DNA of 64,000 nucleotides from Oikopleura dioica (lineage: Eukaryota; Animalia; Chordata), in assembly GCA_907165135.1 (NCBI GenBank), contig OU015566.1, forward strand, positions 5,456,001-5,520,000. Reading direction: 5' to 3'. The position numbers were made by a program, and so were the translations under genes. Under the pieces are notes generated by a model that worked only from the letters and a program-made list of their open reading frames with translations, had not been told where the DNA came from and ran no database searches. How positions within the stretch are numbered: position 1 is the first letter of the stretch; the number at the start of each line of letters is the position of its first letter. This document shows, one piece after another, positions 33,189 through 46,000 of the stretch.

Positions 33189-33421
33189 TGTAAGCGTCTA
33201 AGTACTGCTGTATGCTCTCTATACTAGACGGTTCTCTTGCAGCTAGTCGTAGCCTCTACTGTATCTTCAATAAAACACGAGGAAAGGTAGTTTCCGAAAA
33301 AGCGTGTATTCTGCACTTTTACTGTGCGCGGACTGAAGCAGTGAACGTAAAAGTGGCAGAGAAGAGCGCGGCGCGAGATCCTGATCAGATCTCTAACCGA
33401 CTTAAGCACTTAGACCTCACA
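33189..33421 (-). repeat. 3' LTR
   Basis: TGTAAGCG...CCTCACA, identical to 39583-39815. A short purine tract GGGGAG lies adjacent on the minus strand. Confidence 0.95.
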
Positions 33422-33691
33422 GCTCCCCAGATTCTAGAGACGTTTCGAGAATCTTCAGTTGAAGAGTTGAAGTCGGGAAGATGAGTCATCGTAGTAGAGC
33501 AGAAGGGAAAGGAGAAAGGAAAGGCGGCCAATCAGCACAGCGCGGCGTCGGAATTGCACCAGCGTAGAGACGAAAAGTCGAGAAAAGTCGGACGAAGATC
33601 GAACCATTTCCGGACAGCGACAGCCAATCAGAGCGCGAGAAGAAGTAGACTCGCGCGAGACGAGTTTTCTTTTAAGAAAACTTCTCCTTTT

Positions 33692-36600
33692 CTACGAATA
33701 ACTCTTGCGAGTTGGGTCAACTTGAATCAGAGAAGGTTTTTTCCTGATTCGGCCACCACGGACGGTCAAATTTTCGAAGATGGAAGAAAGATCAGCTGAC
33801 GAAGATGACGAAGACAAATGATGTCCATTTAGAGAGTCTGCCGCACTACAACGAGGAGCAGAAGTCGTCTCAACAGGTAAATCTTGAACATCATTTTCTA
33901 CCAAGTCGGTCGAGCGAGGCGTAGTTGAAGTTGACGTTGATGGGGCGGGCGCGGTCGAATTTCTAGCAGTCGAGGGAGGAATTGAAGCAGTATTTTGACG
34001 CTTCGGATCAGGTGACGAGTCGGGACTCGCCCTTTTCCTCTTTTTTCTAGTTGATTTGCCAGAGGTTGTATTTTGCTTTTCAGCAGCCGGCCTCCCAACC
34101 TTTGGTAATTTTGCTAGAGGTTCGGAATATGAACCTGAAGCGCCGACCGGTCGATTTTGAGGAGAATCAAGATCATCGCCACAGATGAGCTCTTGTTCTA
34201 AAGCACGGTCGGAGGGAGATTTTAGATGATCCTTGCGCGGAGGTACCAGACGCAGATGAGATCGGTGGACCCAGTCACAAAAGTCGGCTCCGTCGACGAT
34301 TTTAACCACGGATTCGGAGGCTTTGACGACTTTGTAAGGGCCTATCCAGTTACAGTTGGAGTCCTTGGCAGCCTTAGTGACGGGTCTGTAGAGATGAACC
34401 ATGTCGCCGTATTTGAGAAGGCGAGCGCGATGAAGACGCTTATGTTGGCGTTCCAGAGCCAGGTCAGCAGAGCGGTTGGCGATTTTCGCCAATTTCGAGA
34501 GCATTTGAATCCGCTTTCTGACGATTTTGCCGTAAGATTCAGGCGAGTTAGAGCGTACATCGGGGTCATGTAGAGTTTCAGGAACTGTGAAGTTAGGACG
34601 ACGGCCAGTAACGAGAGTATGAGGTACCTGACCAGTAGACCTGTTCCTGTGAGAGTTCATGAAGGCGACGCAGTAAGGGATAGCATCAACCCAAGTCATG
34701 TTTCGCTCATGAGTCAACATAAAAACCATGTCCTTGAAGGTTCTGTGGGACCTTTCAAGATTACCAGTAGATTCAGGGCGATAAGCGGTGTGATACTGCG
34801 GCGTGATACCAAGTTGAGAGTAGAGTTCCTTCATAGTAGCAGAGACGAATGCGGTACCACGGTCAGAACTGACGATTTTTGGCACAACTTGATGCCGTAG
34901 AACCACCTCTTCGACGATTGTGCGTGCAGCATCGATCGCTCGCTCCCCAGTGCAAGCTCGAGCGACGAAAAATCGCGTGAATGTGTCGAGCACGGTGCAG
35001 CAGAAGCGTTTGCCAGCACAGTTGGGGAAGACGGTGAAGTCGATCATGATCGTTTCGAAGGGCTTAGAGCCGCGGGGAACATGTTGCATTTGAGGTAGAG
35101 CCACTTGCCCTTGGTTACCTTTACGCTTCGCGCAAATCATGCAGCTCTGCACGTAGTTTTGTGCATCTTCCATGTAGCGAGGCCACCAGTAGCTGCTGAG
35201 AGCTTCAATAACTCGAGGTACACCAGGGTGAGCTGAGTTGTCATGAGCTTTTCGAAGTTGCTCGATCGCGAGTTTAGGCGGTAAAACTTGGCGCTTTTTA
35301 CCATTGCGCACGTGGAGAAGTACATTTGTACGGGAACAAATGCGGAAATGCTGCCAGTTGACGCGATACAATTCGTAGTTAGAATCGCGTTTGTCGAGTA
35401 GAACTTGCTTTGGGTCGCGTTTGTGCTTTTCAAGAGCATCAATGAGCTTTGCCAAACCCGAGTCGGCGCGCTGGGCATTAGCAAGTTGAAGTAGATCCTC
35501 GACATTCTGGTTGAGGGTGAACTCGTCGCCAGTGGAGCATGTAAGTGCGCGAGTGAGACCTTCGCGGAGCGGTTTCGAGGAGAGGATTTCGGCGGGATAA
35601 CAGTATCCTTAGTACACCAGCTGGGGATGTAAGCGCGGAGGCCACCGAAGTCGACAAATTTACCGGCTGACTTCTGATTGTCAGACGGAGGGTCCTTTTG
35701 ACACCGAAGGGCCGCGAGAAGAGATCTGCCCAGACGTTTTGCTCGCCAGGGAGATACTCGACGATGAATCTGTACGCGCTCAGTTCGTCCATCCAGCGAG
35801 CCAGTTTTGCGTTCTTGTGGTCAACCGAGTCAATATATTGAAGAGCTCGATGGTCGGTTTTCACCACAAAGGGCTTGCCGCGTAGGAAGTACTGAAATCT
35901 GCGGACGCCAAACAAAATGCCATAGGCCTCGCGTTCCGTGCAGCTCCAGCGCTGCTCGACGGAAGTGAGAGTTTGAGAAGCGACGCCGACGATTCTATCG
36001 AATCCATCTTGCTGTTGAAGTAGGACGGCGCCGACGGCAACTGCAGAAGCATCAGTGCAGAGAAGAAAGTCGAGTGAGGGATCGGGAAACGAGATGACTG
36101 GGCTTGTACGGAGCCGCTTTTTCACGCGCTCAAAAGCTTCCTGGGCTTTTGTGGTCCACGTGAAATCGCCATCTTTGTTGAGCTGGTTGAGCTGAAAAAC
36201 AAGCTGCGAGAAGCAACTTGTGTCGATCCGCTCGGACATTCGAGTTTCGAGGAATTCTCGGATGAAGGTGAGCTTGCCGAGAAGTGCGCGTAGTTCAGTG
36301 CGATTTGTGGGTTGAACAAAGGCATCAACTCCAGCGACATATTCTGGGTCCACGGACATGCCCTTAGGCGAGACGATTCTACCCAGGAATTTCACCTGGG
36401 GCGCCAAAAACTCGCACTTTTTCGGGTGTAGACGCAGTCCAAATCGCCTGGCAGCTTCGAACAGGCTGGTAAGCTTCGCCAGGTAGTCGGAGAAGGATTT
36501 GGCTGCCACCAAGACGTCGTCGATGTAGCAGAATATGCCAGAAGTGTCGGGGAGAGATTCTAGGGCCTCGCCAACGCACCTTGAAAAATTTGGCCTGCGG

Positions 36601-37846
36601 TGGCGAGGCCAAATGGGAGCCGACGATATTGGAAGGTGCGACCGTTCCATGAAAAGGCAGTTTTGTGCCTGTCGTCGGGGTGGATTTCCACTTGCCAGTA
36701 GCCACTCTTCAGATCGAGGCCGGCAAGGTACTTGTAGCCCGGGCGCATTTCGTTGAAGAGCTCGCGCAGGTTGGGCATGTGATACGGGTCGGGGTCGACG
36801 AGGACTCGGTTGAGCGTGTTCTTGAAGTTAGCCACAGGACGCGCGGAGCCATCCTTTTTCGGGACGCAGAACAGAGGCGAGTTGAATCCACGTGGATCGG
36901 AGCAGAGCTCAGTGACGCCAGTATCGAGCATTTCTTGGACGTGCGTGTCCATTGAGCCTCTGAAGTTGACTGGGATCTGGTGCTGCTTGCGGCTGACAGA
37001 TTCACCATTTGTCGGGATTCGGACGGGTCTGTAGAACAGGCCAAGCTCGTCAGTAGAACTTCCAAAGACGTCTTCATACTGGACACAACGAAGGGCGAGT
37101 TCATGAAGTTCGCTTTTGTTGTGGTGGTTGGCTGGAAGATCGAGCTCTTTCTGGCTTCGCAAGTAGCTCAGAAGGTCCGAAGTAGAGGCATTGGGGCCTG
37201 GAGCAGAAGGTTTGGGCTGTTTTTGAGCAGCTTGAAGAGAATCAGATCGAAGAGCGTCAGCATAACTACGAAAATCTGCGCTGCTGGAAGTTCCAGAGTC
37301 GATCTGAGGTGCATTCCAAGGATCACTAGCGTACGACTTGATTTCGAGTGCCTGTGTGTAGATTTCTGCTCCAGGGCTATCTCGTCGTTGAAAGATGACT
37401 TTGGTACCAGTTCTACCAAAGGAGACATTTGTGGCGTGATCGGTGACAGTTCTGCCGATGAGTGGCGGCGCGTTATTGCCATCTGTCACAAGAATGCGGA
37501 TTCCAGCGAATTTGATGCCGCTGAAATTAATAGTGGTGCGGAACTCGCCTAGGGCCTTGGTTTCGGAGTTGACGCCAGTGACGGTGAACTTTGAGCTCTG
37601 CAGTTGCTTCAAAAGTTCGTCAGGGATGAGCCGTTTTGGCAGTATTACATCGTCGGCGCCAGTGTCGAACATGCCGTTTTTGACGGTGAAAGTATGTCCG
37701 GCGAGGGTGACAGTGAAGTCAGCGTACCAGGGTCTGGAGGGTTTGGAGAAGGTGAGTTGCGCGGAAGAAATGAGGGGAGAGTCAGAGCTGCGCCGATCTA
37801 ACTCTCGATGCGAAAAACCGAGTCGGTATCCTTCGTAGCAGCGCAT
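33692..37846 (-). CDS. pol: Pol polyprotein PR-RT-RH-IN with three single-base frameshifts in homopolymers
   Basis: FDTGA (protease), LPFGL/YIDD (RT), TDAS..EREAY (RNase H), HHCC plus IDF/SDRG/LERSH (integrase). Shifts near 36580, 35695 and 35590. Confidence 0.93.
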
Positions 37847-39033
37847 CCGGCTTTGGATTCGGACTGGTTGTTGTTGGACTTGTTGCCGTTGTTGTTTTTG
37901 CCTTTTTTGTTGCGCCCGTGGCCCTGGCCTCCTTTTCCGTTGGACTTGTTATTGTCCTTAGCGGGGACGACGGCTTTAGAGATCGCGTTGACCTTGTCAG
38001 TAAGGGTTCTGATGCATTTCTGCATCGCTGCGATCTCGTCGTTGGGCTGAGAGGTCTTTTCGAAGGTCTTGCCAGCGAGGGCGACAGATTCTTCGGAAGT
38101 GACGCTGCTTGGGAGACGGTCAAGTAGAGTTTTCGCCTTCACAAACACGTCCTGGGCGTTGGAGCACTCGTCGATTGTGTCGCAAAGTCGAACTCCGACA
38201 TTTGGGTAGGCGCGGCAAACAGTGAGGTAACCCAGCGTGGCGGCGTAGAGATCGTTGAGCTCAGAAGCTGTAATAGCTTCGCCATCAGCGGCTTTTGTGG
38301 ACTCCTCGGCAACTATGGAAACCTCAGGTTCTTCCTTGACGGAAGCTGTTTTGGCGGATTCGGCGGCTTTTCGACGAGCCATGCGCTCAACTTGTCGAAA
38401 GCTGTGTCTAGAGGCCTCCTGAAGTTCATTGAAGTAGACGCCTAGGCCTTTGGAGGCGTCGAAAGTGACATCGTGCGGCTTGCGGAGCTCCTGAAAGATC
38501 GACAGCTTGCTACTGAAGTTGTCTTCAATGGCGGATATCAGCTGTTCGATGGTCCGGGTCTCGAGGCCAAGTCGCTGAAAAGTGACCTTGACATCGTTGG
38601 CCAAGAACTTCTTGGCAGTGCGAGCCAAAATTTCATCGCCCTCGGCTTGATGAGCCTTTGGAAGAGTGGCGACGTGGTCGGTTCTGGCCGTTCGGAGCGT
38701 AGAAATGAACTGCTCTGCGTCGGAACCAGTGGAGAAATCATGGACTTCGAGCTTGTCCAAACAATTCTGGATCTCGATTTGGCGAGTTCGAGAGATTCCA
38801 GTGGACTGAGCAGAAGATCCTGACTTCGACAAGGCAACAATTCGGGCACTGATCAGCTTTTTGCGTGCGTTGATCCGGTCAGTGTAGCTTGAGAGTTCGG
38901 TTGGATCCGATGCAAGCTCCATAGTATAATCCATGATATCGGACAAGAAGTTGGTCAACATGGTGATGCAGGTGCACGAGTTGATTTGATCTTCGGAGAG
39001 GTTGAGCGCGTAACAGGCGCTGGTAGAAGACAT
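37798..39033 (-). CDS. gag: Gag-like protein
   Basis: 411-aa ORF downstream of the 5' LTR/PBS, overlapping pol in the -1 frame. Confidence 0.8.
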   Translation of the reverse strand: MSSTSACYALNLSEDQINSCTCITMLTNFLSDIMDYTMELASDPTELSSYTDRINARKKLISARIVALSKSGSSAQSTGISRTRQIEIQNCLDKLEVHDFSTGSDAEQFISTLRTARTDHVATLPKAHQAEGDEILARTAKKFLANDVKVTFQRLGLETRTIEQLISAIEDNFSSKLSIFQELRKPHDVTFDASKGLGVYFNELQEASRHSFRQVERMARRKAAESAKTASVKEEPEVSIVAEESTKAADGEAITASELNDLYAATLGYLTVCRAYPNVGVRLCDTIDECSNAQDVFVKAKTLLDRLPSSVTSEESVALAGKTFEKTSQPNDEIAAMQKCIRTLTDKVNAISKAVVPAKDNNKSNGKGGQGHGRNKKGKNNNGNKSNNNQSESKAGCAATKDTDSVFRIES

Positions 39034-39582
39034 TTTGGCGGGCCGAGATGTCGTTGGAGATATGGATCGGCGAAGTTCGCGGGGTTTCGTTGGCGGGACT
39101 GATCAAAATCGGCGGCGCGGCGTAACGGAATTTGCGGTAAAGGGTTCACAACGAAGAAATTGTACCTTTACGGAGCGCTCAAGTAACTGGAGTTTTCCTT
39201 GAGCGGCGCACGTGGCGACTTTTTCACGTAGTGTGTGTGTTCCAGGTGGCCGGCGGCGAAAAAATGAGCAATTCAGGCGCGGTCGGAGACGAGTTCCACG
39301 GTGTTGCGGCGATAAATGCGGCAGTTAGGGTTTGACAACTTTGACTGACCTCGTTAGAGCGCACAGAAGGGTTACTGTGCGGCGCGCGGACGCGACTTGA
39401 TTTACGAGCTCCAGCGGTTTATCGAACACGGGAACGGCGAAAGATCGCTCGATCGACTTGGCGAGTGGTCGAACCAAGTTTAATAACACTTCTAGCTTTG
39501 CAGCGGGAAGTGCCGGTGATGAGGGCGAACGTTGGGTTCGGAAGAGTCCAGTGAAGAAGAAGCTTAGCGTATTGTCACCAGA

Positions 39583-39815
39583 TGTAAGCGTCTAAGTACT
39601 GCTGTATGCTCTCTATACTAGACGGTTCTCTTGCAGCTAGTCGTAGCCTCTACTGTATCTTCAATAAAACACGAGGAAAGGTAGTTTCCGAAAAAGCGTG
39701 TATTCTGCACTTTTACTGTGCGCGGACTGAAGCAGTGAACGTAAAAGTGGCAGAGAAGAGCGCGGCGCGAGATCCTGATCAGATCTCTAACCGACTTAAG
39801 CACTTAGACCTCACA
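39583..39815 (-). repeat. 5' LTR
   Basis: Identical copy. Followed on the minus strand by TC-TGGTGAC, a PBS-like match to a tRNA ending GUCACCA (compatible with tRNA-Trp; inference). Confidence 0.95.
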
Positions 39816-40589
39816 GTCCTTTCTTTTCTGTATTCACTTTTTAAAACCTAAAGTTGAATGTCTTAATTTTGTGTTTTTGGCATGGCTATTATTAGTAATT
39901 ACAGTAAGTCTTCGCAAAAATCAACAAAAGCTTCTTACAAATAAAACTTCTTTTCTTCCTTGATTTCAGTTTTTACTTCTTCTTCGCTCATTTGTAACTG
40001 CTTGATAGATTTTTTAAATTTTGATTAAGCATATGTATTTATTAAAAGTCCTGCTTGTCCAGTAACTTCCTAAGTCCATCAAATGCTTTCATTCTGCTCC
40101 TAGATTTCAGACCTTATTATTCAGAAAAAAATACACTTCTTTCTCATTTATTTATTATCTGATTCATTTTTCTTCTATTTTTGAATCTGAATCTTTTGAT
40201 TGAATGAATAGACTTTTCTTCGTTTCATAAAAAAATCATTTTTGATCTTTTCAGAAATTTAGCGAAAAGAGGGCTAGGGTCGGAAAAGTGGATGGAGAGT
40301 CCCAATCGAAATGGAAGATCGGCGATTCCTCTTTCCGAACGGCTGACTGTAGTGCTCTTTATCAGCTAGGGTTGGCAAAAGTTTCAAGGAAAGATGAAGG
40401 GTGGGTGCTTGTTTTTATCTTATCTCAGTGCCCTTTTTTTGTTTTAGGCATTCAGATCCCCTTATTTTTGCCTTGTCCCAATCAGAGGCGCCCTTTTAAA
40501 AACTTCGTTTTATGATTACCTTCTTATCAACGCATTTCACCCGAAAAGAATTTTTGATATCTTTTTTATTTTATTAATATTCAAAGTAA

Positions 40590-41490
40590 CAGTTTTTATC
40601 TTCTATGTATTGTCTAGTGAGAAACTGACATTTCAAACTAAGTTGCGATCGTTCTTGTTCCATATGCAGCAAGTCTATAAAGTCCGTTATATATCCGTTA
40701 TGCTAATTATCGGTCTTTTACCTGCATGATCAGAGTGACGAGATTCATGAAAAAAGAATGAAGTAGATGACCACGATGGTAATTTTCAGCCCATACAGCG
40801 GTGGCTTCTCCAAATAACCCCCATCATAATAATAATCATAGACATATTCGTATGGTAGTTTCACGAGGAAATCGAATAGGATATTGCCGAAAAGAACGAA
40901 AAGGAAGAACAGGGACTTGAAAATAGTTTTCAAAAAATATCTTGGTCGCAATTTTACCAGTAAATTAAACATAGATTTTTTCACAGCCATGTCCATTCCT
41001 TCTTGTTTTCGAGAAGTGTAAATGCTTGTTCCAAATCCAGCAACGAGCATTCCAATAAGAACAGAGCCAAGGTTGTATGAGATTCCAACAACGCCGTACC
41101 CATTTTCATTCACACCATCAACGATTGACAAAATGACAAGAACTTAATTCATTTTGAATAGCTCTAACTAAGAAAAATAACTTAAAAGAAGAACCCATTG
41201 AATGTTTATCATCCAGCGAAAGTGTGCCATCTTCATTTCGCCAGAACATCCCCATTTTCTCGGAGAACTCATCTTATTTCTATTATTTTTTCTCGAATCT
41301 CTTCATATACCTCTTGTGCGATTTCGAATTTACCTCCAAGTGTGTACGCCAAGTCTGATCTTCGATTGAACAGCACAAAAATGGAATTTGTTTTCGGTAG
41401 GGTTAGGTTGAAAGAAACTGTAGGAATTAAGAAGAAAGCGAGCCTCAGAATAAAAGTAAAAGTAAAAGTAATCTGCCTCGCTGTTGCCAC
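40590..41490 (-). CDS. Multi-pass membrane protein, paralog 1 of a tandem pair
   Basis: ORFs 41269-41490 and 40745-41131 with hydrophobic helices, plus a final exon near 40600-40675. Confidence 0.5.
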
Positions 41491-41824
41491 TTTAGTGGTG
41501 ATTCATCCTCGCTGTGGCGACTGGGCCGCCACAGGTCTCCGACTGAGTCGGGGCCATGCCACTATTTATGTGAATCATAACCTGTCATTGGCCCTCAAAG
41601 GAGCTAAAATTAAAGCTGAAGGTCGAAATGGAAAGATCGACGATTCCTCTTTCCGAACGGGTGACTGTAGTGCTCTTTATCAGCTAGGGTTGGCAAAAGT
41701 TTCAAGGAAAGATGAAGGGTGGATGGATGTTTGAGCTTATCTGAAGATTGTTTTTAGACAATCAGAAGCTCTGCTATCAACTCATTACACCAGTAAAGAA
41801 TTTTCGATATCTTTTTAATTCTAT

Positions 41825-42798
41825 TAGTATTCAAAGTAACAGTTTTTATCTTCTGTAAAATGTTGAGTGAGAGACTGGCATTTCAAACTAAGTTGCGATC
41901 GTTCTTGTTCCATATGCAGCAAGTCTATGAATTTCGTTTATATCCGTTATGTTTATTATTGGTCTTTTACCTGCATGATCAGAGTGACGAGATTCATGAT
42001 AAAAAGGATGAAGTAGATAACCACGATGGTAATTTTCAGCCCATAGAGCGGTGGCTTGGCCAGATAACCCCCATCATAATAATAATTATAGTCCAAATCA
42101 TATGGTAGTTTCAGGATTATATCGAATATGATGTTGCCGAAAAGAACAAAAAGGAAGAACAGGGACTTGAAAAAAAAAGCTTATCAAAAATAACTTGATG
42201 GCAATCTTACCAATAAATTAAACATAGATTTTTTCACAGCCATGTCCATTCCTTCTTGTTTCTGAGAAGTGTAAATGCTTGTTCCAAATCCAGCAACCAG
42301 CATTCCAATAAGAACGGAGCCCAAGTTGTATGAGATGGCAACTGCATCGTACCAAATTCTATTATCACGAACACCATCAACGATTGACAAAATCAGAAGA
42401 ACTTAATTCATTTTCAATAACTCTTAATAAAAAAATAACTTGAAAGAAGTAGCCATTGAATATTTATCATCCAGCGAAAGTGTGCCCTCTTCATCTCGCC
42501 AGAGCATCCCCATTTGTTCGGAGAACTCATCTTATAGGGATAATTTATTGTCTCGAATCTCTTGATGTACCTCTTGGGAGATTTCTAACTTACCTCCGAT
42601 AGGTGTGAGCCAAGTCTGATCTTTGATTATGAAGCTGAAAAGTGGATTGATAAATTGTATTTGTTTTCCGGTAGGGTAAGGGTGAAAGAACCTGTAGGAA
42701 GCGAAAAGAAAGCGCACTAACAGAGAATAAAGAAAACGAAGACAATAAAACCGGATTGAATTCAGCCCAAATAGAAAAACTACCGTGTTGCTAGTCAT
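41825..42798 (-). CDS. Multi-pass membrane protein, paralog 2 of a tandem pair
   Basis: Shares SYNLGSVLIGMLVAGFGTSIYTS.KQEGMDMAVKKSMFNLL with paralog 1. Flanking DNA is also duplicated. Confidence 0.5.
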
Positions 42799-42926
42799 AC
42801 TCCTAGGCTAGGAGTCCTTTCTCTAGGAAGCCCCTTTTTCGTTCCTGCCCGATAAGTGTCCTCTGATCGAGATTCCCAATTTGGGAACTACACAATACAA
42901 GGAACGCCTTCTGCAACCCTAACCTT

Positions 42927-45900
42927 TTGTCCACCCTAGTTCTCAGAAACACCGAAGGATGCTGGCTGAGAAAGCAGCAAAATGGCTGGTGGTTTCCTTT
43001 CAAAATATTTTGTCGGAACGAAGCAAAATCAATTCGAGCAATAATGGACGACGTCCAAGTGTTCGACAAACCCGTTCCTGGGCGAGTTCTGAAAATGCTC
43101 TGGAACGAAAATCACGAAATCACTCATTACATCGTCGAATACGTCCGCCAGGGGAATATCTACTCGCCGACGATGGACAATAACGAAAAATACAGATTCT
43201 TTTTGCTCGAAGACTTCAAAAAGCTTCTTTGCTCTTGGGAAGGTTCTTCTTGGTTCGCCGGGCCAGAGCCGTACGAATTCATGTACCGATCGCTGATCGA
43301 CCTTCACCCATTCGACTTCTGCGTGAGAACGTTTCCTTCTTCGGAAGACCCGATTCTTTTAGCCATTTATCCGGAAAGCATGTACACAAGCGACGAGAGG
43401 GAGAATCTGTTCGTGGGAACAGCGACAAATCCCGACCAGCCGATTTACACGAAAGAAGAGAGACAGACCTTCAAAGAAGCGATCGAAAAGATCATTTATC
43501 CAAGTCGATTCATCAATTTTCGAGCATTTCAGACTCTTTTCAAAGGTATAAAAAGCTTTTTAGTTTCTTCGGCATATTTTCGCTATTTTCAGAATTCTTC
43601 GCGAACCATTCCTTCGCAAGTCCTGTAATCGAGTGCTTCTGGCGCGCCTTTCAAACCCGCACAGTCCGTTTCATCTCGATCGACGACTTCATTTGCGGCC
43701 TCTGCGCCACTCATCTAGAACAAAACCACGGAAGCCAAAGCGGCAAAGTGCGGACAAAAATGATGTACAAATTCTACTCGCGAAACACGGAGCAAATGAC
43801 TTTCGAAGAATTTCAGGCTTTTTATTGCCAGACGAAGAGTTTGACCCGCGTTGAGGAAAATATTGAGGATTTCAAGCAGACTTGTATTTTGTTTGGAGTA
43901 TCTGGCAGATCCGGACCGCTGAGGGATGTATTTATTGATGTGATTGGGAAGAAAAGGTTAAAGATAAAACCAGATAGTTTATTCTTTAGTTAAAAATGCC
44001 TCAGTTAGGTGCTGAACTGAAGTTTTAAACCTGATCTAAGTCCCTGAGTAAACACAGAGGCCGGATTTTCATTAATCTTACTCTCGAGCCAGTTTTTTCT
44101 AGCCCTGTAATAGGAGTTCTCGAGCTATCTACCTGATGGAAAATATCTGAAAGTATCTCTAACCCTACGAAAAGCTAAAATTCCGTGGGACATCGACGCT
44201 CCTCCGCCTTCCGAAAGCACAAGCCTCCGTTTCTCAAGAGCCAGTTCAAAACTCTCCCAGTTCAAACGTCGATTCTCTTCCTCAACCCAGACTAAATCAT
44301 TCTTCCAGCTCCAGTCCCAGTCTCAAAAGGCCAAAACTAAACGGGACGACTTTCAATCCTGATTTCGAAGAAGAAAACAGCCTCGATGGACTCAACCTTT
44401 CAGAATCTGACAATTCAGTCAACGCTCATTTCGACTCGCTCTCCACGCCAATTCAATCGCGAAAGAAGAAAAACTACGTTCTAGCGACGCACTCGATTTC
44501 GCTGAAGAAATCCGGAATCATCAGTAATGTCACCGATGTCTGGAAACTTGCTGGAGCGAAATTTCCGACCGATAGTCCTTCAAGCAAAGACATAAGAAAA
44601 CAAGAGTCGATTCGGGTTTTCGACAAGAAATCGTTCGCAAACGAGATGCTGCAAGCGCTGAATTTCTTTGCCAAAGAAAGAAGAAGTGGCGACCATCCGA
44701 AGGGGACCTTCAGTTGGGGCTCTCTTCAAGACTCGATTCGTGGCAATTTCGCCTCCTGCCTCAAACACGTCTGCAAAGAAGCCCTGTCGATTCTCCACCA
44801 AGAAAATCGTCTCTTGAAAATTGAAGCGCCCTGTTACATAATGGGCGATATTCACGGCAACTTCGAGGACCTCCACATGTTCGAAAAGTTGCTCTATCGT
44901 TCTGGAGTCGCTGTAACGCCGGCAAGGTTTCTTTTCCTCGGCGATTACGTTGACCGGGGACAGATGGGAATCGAGTGTGTTGCGCATTTGTTGGCGCAGA
45001 AGATTCTAGGTAAGACATTTGCGTATTTGAATTGACCTAATAAGCATAATTTAGCCCCCTCAAAGGTGTTCCTCATAAGAGGAAATCACGAGCATCGAGA
45101 TGTCCAGGAAAGATTAAGATTTATTTACGCAGAAGAAACGTAATCATTTCTCAATTTTCCACGAAAATAAATGTTAATTAATCTCGGCTGACAGTCGCAT
45201 TTTACATTTTACGACGAGTGTATCAAACGCTTTGGCGATCAGTCGGGCAAGGACATCTGGGAGCTGATTAATCAAGTGTTCGATGTGATGCCGATTTCGG
45301 CAGTGGTTGACGGGCGGATTTTCTGCACTCACGGGGGCATTCCAAACACGCGTTTTTACGAAAACTTTTCGTCCTTCGAAAACGCAGTGAACGCGATTCC
45401 AAATCCTCTTCGCGATCCGGAAGGAATGTCTTCCCTTGCTTGGGACTTGATGTGGGCAGATCCGGCCAGAGCTGGCGACATTAAAAACGCAGCTGGAGAC
45501 AATTCAGCGGCGCAGAATGAATTGACCTTTATGGAGAATACGAGGAGGAGGACTTCTTGTTTGTTCACCGAAAAGGCGCTGAATCAGTTCTTGAAAAGAA
45601 CAGGAATGGTTTATAAAATTGAAAAACCTGATATCATATGAGTCAAATTCAATCAAAACCAACACTAAGGATATCAATACGTAATCCGCGCTCACGAATG
45701 CCAGCAAAACGGCTTCAAGATCCAGTTCGACTCCCTCCTGACTGTATTTTCCTCTTCTTCCTACTGCGGCGGCACAAACTCAGCTGCCTGTATCCTCGTC
45801 GACGATGACAAGATCAGAACGATAAGACTCGATTCTGACGCAAAGCAGCAAAATGGAACTCCCAGAAACAGCGGCCAAGAAAGTTTAAACAGTAAGACTC

Positions 45901-45971
45901 ACACAAACAGTAAAAAAGTAATAAGCGATAAAGAAGTTATCGCTACTCAATCTGAAAAATTATCTAAATAG
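42927..45971 (+). CDS. PPP-family Ser/Thr protein phosphatase with long N-terminal region (EF-hand-like segments)
   Basis: GDIHG, GDYVDRG, RGNHE, HGGI, DLMWADP, RAHE and [10 protein letters not shown] across exons. Confidence 0.85.
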
Positions 45972-46000
45972 AGCTCTTTTTCTTTTCCTATTTTCCTGAC

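Larger units (their letters stand above)
33189..39815 (-). mobile_element. Ty3/Gypsy LTR retrotransposon, full length, recent insertion
   Basis: Identical 233-bp TG...CA LTRs, 5-bp TSD GTCCT on both sides, gag and PR-RT-RH-IN pol. Confidence 0.97.

Noticed and set aside
33212-33484. ORFs within the LTRs (also 39606-39851)
   Set aside because: Short duplicated ORFs that run off the LTR edge, with no coding evidence.
33422-33691. env gene in the LTR retrotransposon
   Set aside because: There is too little space and no TM-containing ORF.
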